From an uncultured delta proteobacterium (GTDB lineage Bacteria; Desulfobacterota; Binatia; UBA9968): a DNA stretch of 64,000 nt. The stretch covers positions 416,001-480,000 of the forward strand of contig CAVUZH010000013.1 of NCBI GenBank assembly GCA_963745835.1, written 5' to 3'. A program made the position numbers and the translations under genes. The notes below the pieces were generated by a model. That model was not told the DNA's origin. It did not search any database and worked only from the letters and a program-made list of their open reading frames with translations. Of this stretch, positions 57,334 to 64,000 are shown in pieces (the stretch's first letter is position 1; each line of letters begins with the position of its first letter).

Positions 57334-58797
57334 TTATAACACACTCCGATCGACCACAAACACTGCAGCCGTGTTGTCTTCATAAACCAGTCGGTAACGC
57401 GCATCACCGCGGATTAGATGCGTCAACGGCTTACCTGTTTGTGCTATGATCAAGCGGGCTCGCAGAAGTTCAGGGTCTTTATTCCAAGCGGCGCTACCAT
57501 TCCACGTCGCCAGCGAACTGGCGATGCGTTCATCACCGTGTAAGTTCGTGCGGCCATCCATCGCAACCGGCAACTCGGGCAGACTCCAAATCAGATAGCC
57601 TCCCCAATCGAGAGAATTATAGAGTGGCCCTGGAAGCTGACTGGATCTGATGAACTTCACTGCCTGGGCCGGAAAATGCAATTCAACGGCTTTGGCCAAA
57701 GAATTTTCTGAAACATCGCGAATATGGCTCAGCCCGTACAAACCTAGGAACAAGGAAAAAATCACTGCCGCTACTCTTTCCTTGGTGAAGTCAAAATACC
57801 CACTGTACTTTTCTGTACTGGCGAACTCGCTAACGATGCCCGCCACCACTAAAGCCATGAACCATACATCGCGCCGCGCGCGAAAGGCAAAACAAGCCGC
57901 CGTCACGAACAAAGCCAAATAAAAAATGTTCCAGCGTCTCTGCCAACCCAATACAAATGCCCCGATTAAGGTTAAACAAAGAACCAACCAATCTGCGAGG
58001 GAACGAAAGAACATGGGATGCAGCTCAGAGATATTCTGGAAAGCCCCGCTCTGTGTAACATATTCAAGGATCGCCAGGTAAACACGGTAGTGATAGGGAT
58101 TTACCAGGGTTGCAAGCAAACATGATCCAAGAAGCAGCAAGGAATGGGTGACCGACAATGCCTGGCTAGCGCTTTGCGGCAAACCGGATCTCGTGAAACG
58201 ATTGAGGAACGATTCAAGTGCCAAAAAACCTAAGATAGCTAATCCATAGACAAACTGTATGTGCAAATTGGCCCAGAGGACAAATACCAGAGGCAAAATT
58301 AAGGCGGGAAGAAGCTTCCATGAGCGGCGCAGAATAAAGACAAGTATCAGCTCTATGGCAGTGAATAAAATCGTGAAGAGCCATGGGCGCGGGCTTAGCA
58401 GCGGTTTTAGGCTGGCAAAAATCACCGCCAGCAGGAGGACTTCAGCGACAAAAGGCAAGCGGGCTCGGCGGAGCAGTAGATGGATCGTCACCGCTACCAG
58501 GAGGGACATCGTCACGGTAAACGCCACCAACCCTGTCAAACCAAAATATCTGTGCACGCCGTAAACCAGGATCTCGAACAACCAGCTATAGGCGATCCAG
58601 CGCTTTCCCGCGCCAAAAATAGAGAATGGGTCTTCGACCGGAACATGGCCATGAGCAACGATCCACTGCCCGGTTCTTAAGTGCCACCAGATATCCGGGT
58701 CCTCGATCGGCAGCATCGCTTGGTAGGCGGGAATCAAGTACACCAGAGTCCATATGAACAACCGGCAAATCGTTTCCTTGTTCGGAACTCTTGTCAT
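57334..58797 (-). CDS. polytopic membrane protein, GT-C glycosyltransferase-like
   Basis: EDPDIWWHLRTG after the first TM, DPFS, RP, WANLH, NPY, WGGYL, DGR; more than 10 TMs. Confidence 0.6.
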   Translation of the reverse strand: MTRVPNKETICRLFIWTLVYLIPAYQAMLPIEDPDIWWHLRTGQWIVAHGHVPVEDPFSIFGAGKRWIAYSWLFEILVYGVHRYFGLTGLVAFTVTMSLLVAVTIHLLLRRARLPFVAEVLLLAVIFASLKPLLSPRPWLFTILFTAIELILVFILRRSWKLLPALILPLVFVLWANLHIQFVYGLAILGFLALESFLNRFTRSGLPQSASQALSVTHSLLLLGSCLLATLVNPYHYRVYLAILEYVTQSGAFQNISELHPMFFRSLADWLVLCLTLIGAFVLGWQRRWNIFYLALFVTAACFAFRARRDVWFMALVVAGIVSEFASTEKYSGYFDFTKERVAAVIFSLFLGLYGLSHIRDVSENSLAKAVELHFPAQAVKFIRSSQLPGPLYNSLDWGGYLIWSLPELPVAMDGRTNLHGDERIASSLATWNGSAAWNKDPELLRARLIIAQTGKPLTHLIRGDARYRLVYEDNTAAVFVVDRSVL

Positions 58798-58899
58798 TCG
58801 TCCTAGTCGATTTTCGGCGTCTAACGGATCAGCAGCGGATCAGGAGCACGATATAGACGAGGTGGGTTGCTAAGCTTGCGGTACGGCCGCAAGATACTC

Positions 58900-59676
58900 T
58901 CAAACAGAATTTTGTCGCATCGCTTGATCGACATCGTAGCGCAGCAGGTCCCAGATCTTTTCTGTGCATCTTGCAAAATCGGGATCCTTCATGCTGCGAA
59001 AGTTGCGCGGCCGCGGCACATCAACCGTGATAATGCTCTTGATTAACCCGGGGGCCGAGCTCATAACCGCGATACGGTCGCAGAGCATGACCGCTTCATC
59101 GAGATTATGCGTCACCAGAACGACGGTTTTCTTGTCGCGCTCCCAGATGCGCAGCAGCTCTTCCCGCATCAGCAGTCGGGTCTGAGCATCGAGCGAGGCG
59201 AACGGCTCATCCATGAGAATCACTTCAGGATCATTGGCAAGGGCGCGAGCGATGGCGACTTTTTGTTTCATCCCCCCGGAAAGCTCGTAGGGTCGGGCCT
59301 TGCCGAAGTCGAGCAGGCGAACTACCTCCAGAAAGAACTGGCTCACCCGTTTCAACACCGAGGGGTGCTCATTGCGAAACTCCGCGCCGAGCGGGACGTT
59401 TTCCTCGACGCTTCGCCACGGCATCAGCGCCGATTCCTGAAAAACCATAGAGACCATCGATTTGGTTCTTTTCTCGCCGACGAATTCGACGGATCCCGTT
59501 GTCGGTTGCTCCAGGCCTGCGATGATGTGCAATAAGGTGGTTTTGCCACAGCCGGTAGGTCCGATGATGCCAAAGAACTCCCGGTCGCGCACCTCAAAAT
59601 CGACCCCGCCCAAGGCACGGACGTTTCCCGATCCCGAGGTAAACTCTTTAGTTAAAAAACGGACAACGATTTTCAT
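58900..59676 (-). CDS. ABC transporter ATP-binding protein (NitT/TauT/SsuB type)
   Basis: GPTGCGKT, LMPW, LSGGMKQ, DEPFASLD, PRPR. Confidence 0.9.
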   Translation of the reverse strand: MKIVVRFLTKEFTSGSGNVRALGGVDFEVRDREFFGIIGPTGCGKTTLLHIIAGLEQPTTGSVEFVGEKRTKSMVSMVFQESALMPWRSVEENVPLGAEFRNEHPSVLKRVSQFFLEVVRLLDFGKARPYELSGGMKQKVAIARALANDPEVILMDEPFASLDAQTRLLMREELLRIWERDKKTVVLVTHNLDEAVMLCDRIAVMSSAPGLIKSIITVDVPRPRNFRSMKDPDFARCTEKIWDLLRYDVDQAMRQNSV

Positions 59677-59745
59677 CGACGAGCTATCGGTGACATTTAA
59701 CTAACTGTTGCAGCTTGAACGGCTGAACGTTCTTGGCTCCGGGCG

Positions 59746-60780
59746 CTATCGCGCAGCGAAGATGTCATCGAACATTTTGCCGTACCTTGAGAAGTCTTCA
59801 AGAACTTCGACCGGCGCGAAAGCCGGCTTGATGCCTTCCATTAAGCGTGCTTGTGCCGGCGGCGTATCCGTCCGATCGGGAATCCTGTTCATTTTGCGGA
59901 CGATTTCTTGGCCCCCTTTAGATAATACGAAATCGATGAACAACCGCGCTGCATTGGGATGGGGCGCTTTTGCGGAAATACCGGCGGGATGGATGTTGGC
60001 AAAGACCGGATTTAAGTAAATCCAGTCGACCGGAGCACCGGTGGGCTTCAGCACTTCGAAGGTCTGCGAGTACGCACTCAGCGCTCCCTTGAATTCTCCC
60101 GCTGCCACGAGCTGAGCAAGTAGCGTGCGCCCGGAACGCAGCTGCGTTTGCTTGGACAACTCACGCATGTACGCTAAACCTTTTTCCTCACCCATGGCTC
60201 TAAGCATCGTGCCGAACCACTCGTAGGCTTTACTATCGATGCCGATGTTATTCTTCCATTCGGGCTTTAACAGATCAGTGTAGGACCGGGGTACGCTACC
60301 TTTGGGCACGGTCCCGGTATTGTAGCCGAAAGCCGCGTAGTTGGTATAGACCGATGTCCACGCGCCATGCGGGTCTTTGTAACCATCTTTGAAAAACTTG
60401 CGCTCCGGTGAATCGTAGGCGGCAAACAGACCTCGTTTGGTTAAATTGTGACCGTAAAAGCTTGTCGTCACAGCGACGTCCCAGAGATTCTGACCGGCGC
60501 GATTTTCGGTCAAAATCCTTTCCATGATAGCTGCGTCGGTGCCACGGTAAAAAGCTGCTTCGATCTTCGGATATGCTTGCTTAAACCCATCGGTCAGCAT
60601 CTTTGAATCAGCGGCATTGAAGGTGGCATAAAACATCAGCTTACCTTCAGCTTCGGCCTTTTCCTTTACGCTCTGGGCCAGAACAGGCGTTGCAGCGGCC
60701 AACAGCCAGACCGCCAAGACGAGAAAACCCTGCACAGAACCAAGTTGCCTCAGTCCGAAACTCCAGTGCCTTGATCTCAT
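59746..60780 (-). CDS. extracellular solute-binding protein (Fe3+/thiamine-type ABC)
   Basis: Signal peptide, AEAEGKL, YNT, DLLKPEWK, APHPNAARLFIDFVLS. Confidence 0.85.
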   Translation of the reverse strand: MRSRHWSFGLRQLGSVQGFLVLAVWLLAAATPVLAQSVKEKAEAEGKLMFYATFNAADSKMLTDGFKQAYPKIEAAFYRGTDAAIMERILTENRAGQNLWDVAVTTSFYGHNLTKRGLFAAYDSPERKFFKDGYKDPHGAWTSVYTNYAAFGYNTGTVPKGSVPRSYTDLLKPEWKNNIGIDSKAYEWFGTMLRAMGEEKGLAYMRELSKQTQLRSGRTLLAQLVAAGEFKGALSAYSQTFEVLKPTGAPVDWIYLNPVFANIHPAGISAKAPHPNAARLFIDFVLSKGGQEIVRKMNRIPDRTDTPPAQARLMEGIKPAFAPVEVLEDFSRYGKMFDDIFAAR

Positions 60781-61499
60781 GGCATCTCCGCCAGAAGGCG
60801 GCCGTAACCGGTTACCGGTTCGTTGAGGTGCAGGATTTTCTTGGTGGCCCAGACTTGCGCGGGGATGCTCGAGACTACCGTGGTCTTGAGATCACGCTCG
60901 AGCATTTCGATCACCGGCAGATTATGCCAACCGGCGCCGAGCATGTAGATGCCATCCGCCGGTCCGTGCTCGATAAACACTTTCTTGGCGAAATTATAGA
61001 TCGCTTCCGGCGCAAGCTTCCCGGCGTCTTTGAACGGCACCTCGATGCCTTTCATCGCTCTGACCTCGAATTCGTCGTCCTGCAAAAACTTTGCGAACCG
61101 CTGGTTCATATCGTCTTGAAAATAAGTAATGCCGACCAATTTTTTCATTCCCAGCGCCCGGAACGCATCGACCTGAGCGATCGTCGCAACCGTCACGGGA
61201 ATTTTATATTTCTTCGTCAACGAATCGGCGATCGCACGGTCCGCACCATGGCCGCGCACCATCGTCGGTGGTGCCCCCATGATCATCACCACGTCCGCAC
61301 CCAATTCCGCCAAGCGAGCCACTTTCTTTTCGGCAACCGTCAAAGCTTCTTGCAGCTCCTGTTCATTGCCGGCGCGAATACCTGCGTGAGCGGGAATGAA
61401 GCCGACGCCTTCAGGCATGAGCTTGATGAAGCTTTCCATGGACCCGGGCCGGTAAGTTGGCTTCACCAACCCGACGATTCCCCGCGCACCGTAGTACAT
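60777..61499 (-). CDS. maleate isomerase/Asp-Glu racemase superfamily protein lacking cysteines
   Basis: Same fold pattern as 30684..31403 (ADVV…G, ADGIYM, VVSS, GYGRLL); no Cys in the sequence. Confidence 0.78.
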   Translation of the reverse strand: MYYGARGIVGLVKPTYRPGSMESFIKLMPEGVGFIPAHAGIRAGNEQELQEALTVAEKKVARLAELGADVVMIMGAPPTMVRGHGADRAIADSLTKKYKIPVTVATIAQVDAFRALGMKKLVGITYFQDDMNQRFAKFLQDDEFEVRAMKGIEVPFKDAGKLAPEAIYNFAKKVFIEHGPADGIYMLGAGWHNLPVIEMLERDLKTTVVSSIPAQVWATKKILHLNEPVTGYGRLLAEMP

Positions 61500-61533
61500 T
61501 CGTTATTTCTCCTTAACTCTGCAGCTGATCTTT

Positions 61534-63249
61534 CTATGCCGCGGCCTGGAGCCCGTGGCCGTTGCCGCTCCCCAGCACGCTCCCTGGCAGCGCCCCAGTG
61601 TGATTGCCCTTATCAACCAATACTTCGCCGTTGACGATCGTCATTTCGATGCCCGTTGCTTTTTGGATGAAGCGTTTTTCGTTACCTGGCAAGTCTTGCA
61701 CCATTTCCGGGTCGCACTCACGGATCGTCGCCGGATCGAACAGAACTAGGTCTGCGGCCATGCCGCGGCGCAGCAAGCCCCGCCCTTGCAGGCCGAAGAT
61801 TGATGCAACCATGAACGTCAGTTTGCGCACGCCTTCTTCCAGACTCATGATTTTTTTCTCCCGCACCCAGTAACCAAGCAGGCGGGTCGAGTAGCCAAAT
61901 CCCGCATCGTAGATCAGATGCGCGCCGGCATCGGACTGACCGACGAGAACGTAGGGGCTGCGGATGATCTCGGCCACCGCCTCTTCGTCACCATTGGTGC
62001 TGGAGGTTTGAAACTCGGTGTCCAACCCTTCCTCGAGCGAGAGATCGAGGAAGGCGTCGATCACATCCTGACCGCGTATTTTGGCGATCTCCGCCACGCT
62101 CTTTTTTTCCAGATATTTATTCGCCGGAGTCGCGGCGTTGATCAGATACACCAGATCCCAGCGTCGCGAGAAACGCGACGACTTCTTCTCCTCGACCGCT
62201 TCATAGCGCATCTTCTTGCGCGTATCCGGATCTTTGATCGCTTCGATGCGCGCTTCCAACGGTAAGAATAGAATTGTCTTCCAGGTCGGCAGGTCATCGA
62301 ACACCTGAGCGTTCTTCATCGTGAGCCGGTTATTGAACAAACGGGCATTGCACAACGGATAGGACTGTACGCCTCGATCGATCGACTCTTTGGCGAGATC
62401 CAAAAGCTGGCGCCATTCAGTGGGCTTATCCCAACGGTGCGTGATGCTCTGCCAGATCACCGGCCGGCCGGAACGGCTGGAGATTTCGTCGAACAGCTGC
62501 ACGCTCTCGCGCATCGGCACCGAAACACCCAATGAGCCCCGGGAAATCTGCACGGCGCCCTGGTTGATCTCGCCCAGCGCGCAGGCGAGCTCGATAATCT
62601 CTTCGTCGGTGGCAAAGCGACTCTGGATCGGCGTGCCGTCGGCGTACATGTGAACGGGATTTTGATTGGTCGAAAAACCGGAGGCGCCCGCGCGCACGCT
62701 GGCCTTTAGCACTTCTTTCATCTGATGAATCTCCGCCGCGGTCGCGGCGCGCTCGATGGAGGCCTCGCCCATTACGAATTGGCGCAGTGCGCAGTGGCCC
62801 ACCAGCGATGCGACATTGATACCCAGGTTACCGCGCAGAGCGTCGAGGTATTCGCCGAAGGCAGTAAAGCCCCACTTCACTCCGGCTTTCAGAGCCGGCA
62901 GCGTAATCGCTTCAACGCGCTCGAAGCTTTTCAATATTGTCTCACGGTCCTGTTCCTTACAGGGCGCCAGCGACAGCCCGCAATTTCCGGGTATGACGGT
63001 GGTCACACCGTGGTAGCAGGAAGAGGTGGCCAAGGGATCCCATAAAAGCTGGGCATCGAGGTGCGTGTGAAAATCGATAAAACCTGGCGACACGGCAAGA
63101 CCATCGGCATTCACGATTCGTCGCGCGCTGCCGCTGATCCGCCCCATTTCAACAATGCGACCATCCTTAACCGCCACATCACCGAGGTAGGAAGGCAATC
63201 CACTGCCATCGTAAATGCGGCCGCCTTTGATGAGTAAGTCATACGACAT
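61534..63249 (-). CDS. N-acyl-D-amino-acid deacylase family amidohydrolase
   Basis: DLLIKGG, PGFIDFHTHLD, GVTTV…GNCG, SDAGAH, ADLVLFD. Confidence 0.88.
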   Translation of the reverse strand: MSYDLLIKGGRIYDGSGLPSYLGDVAVKDGRIVEMGRISGSARRIVNADGLAVSPGFIDFHTHLDAQLLWDPLATSSCYHGVTTVIPGNCGLSLAPCKEQDRETILKSFERVEAITLPALKAGVKWGFTAFGEYLDALRGNLGINVASLVGHCALRQFVMGEASIERAATAAEIHQMKEVLKASVRAGASGFSTNQNPVHMYADGTPIQSRFATDEEIIELACALGEINQGAVQISRGSLGVSVPMRESVQLFDEISSRSGRPVIWQSITHRWDKPTEWRQLLDLAKESIDRGVQSYPLCNARLFNNRLTMKNAQVFDDLPTWKTILFLPLEARIEAIKDPDTRKKMRYEAVEEKKSSRFSRRWDLVYLINAATPANKYLEKKSVAEIAKIRGQDVIDAFLDLSLEEGLDTEFQTSSTNGDEEAVAEIIRSPYVLVGQSDAGAHLIYDAGFGYSTRLLGYWVREKKIMSLEEGVRKLTFMVASIFGLQGRGLLRRGMAADLVLFDPATIRECDPEMVQDLPGNEKRFIQKATGIEMTIVNGEVLVDKGNHTGALPGSVLGSGNGHGLQAAA

Positions 63250-63541
63250 GAGAAATCCTCCTTGGTCGATCCAACCGGCTGCGTGAGCTTATAGATAGGG
63301 GTATACAAAAGTCAATCAAGAATCGCTAACCGGGCTCCAGATCGAAGAATCCGGTGACTACAATGATCTAACTTCTCTGTGCTGTTGTGTCTGGCGACGG
63401 GAAGAGCCGATCGATTCAACACCGAGACACGGACAGCGCTTAGTCGGCGATCTCCGTAACTCAAATCGGATGCAGCATTGTGTAAGTCCAACCGTTATGA
63501 ATAAGCTATGACTTAACCTTTGAACCGTTAAGCAAAATGTC

Positions 63542-64000
63542 TCAGGAGAGTAAGAGCTCGAGATCTTCGCGGGTTAGATTGTGCAGTAAGCTGTTATCGG
63601 CGGTAATGATGGCATCTGCCAGATCGCGTTTACTTTTCTGCAGCTCCAGCACCTTTTCTTCGACAGTGTCTCGCGCAATCAAACGATAAGCAAAAACCTG
63701 GCGGGTTTGGCCGATGCGATGGGCGCGGTCAATGGCCTGAGCTTCTACGGCTGGATTCCACCAGGGATCGAGAAGGTAGACGTATTCAGCGGCGTGCAAA
63801 TTGAGACCCAGTCCGCCTGCCTTAAGGCTGATGAGGAACAACTTGATGTTTGGATCGTTTTGAAACTCCTCGACCCGCGCCTCACGCTCGCGAGTGCGGC
63901 CATCCAGGTAGGAATAAGCGACTTGATCACGATCGAGCCGATCACGGACAATGGCAAGCAAACTGGTGAACTGTGAGAAAACCAGCGCTTTATGTCCCTC
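63542..64000 (-). CDS. SNF2-family helicase, C-terminal part (5' end outside the window)
   Basis: [45 protein letters not shown]. Confidence 0.93.
   Translation of the reverse strand, partial: EGHKALVFSQFTSLLAIVRDRLDRDQVAYSYLDGRTREREARVEEFQNDPNIKLFLISLKAGGLGLNLHAAEYVYLLDPWWNPAVEAQAIDRAHRIGQTRQVFAYRLIARDTVEEKVLELQKSKRDLADAIITADNSLLHNLTREDLELLLS

Noticed and set aside
60690-61634. 314-aa plus-strand ORF
   Set aside because: Antisense shadow of the racemase-fold gene with Arg/His-rich non-coding composition.
63542-64000. SNF2 helicase as part of an anti-phage defence system
   Set aside because: Only the C-terminus is visible and no defence genes are adjacent in the window.

Overview
Bacterial chromosomal window of roughly 55% GC (estimated by eye) from a diderm organism (lolA, an outer-membrane beta-barrel). 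The gene repertoire and an intergenic repeat family suggest a Deltaproteobacteria-like lineage such as Candidatus Binatia (inference). It opens with housekeeping genes (partial ssb; plsC-rnj-ftsK-lolA-rimO-dksA). The most novel-looking locus is at about 7.7-14.3 kb: four paralogous exported small OB-fold-like proteins, all ending in -KGGD, arranged as two lipoprotein + soluble-protein pairs. They flank a NarL-family two-component system and sit beside a Cys-paired porin; a 16-bp motif recurs in all three promoter regions. The rest holds hisF, a GcvT-like gene plus two PYROXD2/phytoene-desaturase-like genes, trxB/moaC/rlmI/radC, and many small-molecule enzymes of unknown substrate: three ornithine cyclodeaminase paralogs, an arylmalonate-decarboxylase-like protein and a cysteine-less racemase-fold protein. 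Also present are an orphan hybrid kinase, a sigma54-type promoter, three copies of a ~120-bp MITE-like repeat and a partial SNF2 helicase. Five reading frames are broken by single +1 C/G insertions that look like a systematic sequencing artefact. No rRNA, tRNA, CRISPR array or intact transposase was seen. All calls come from reading the sequence and recalling motifs; no database search was run.
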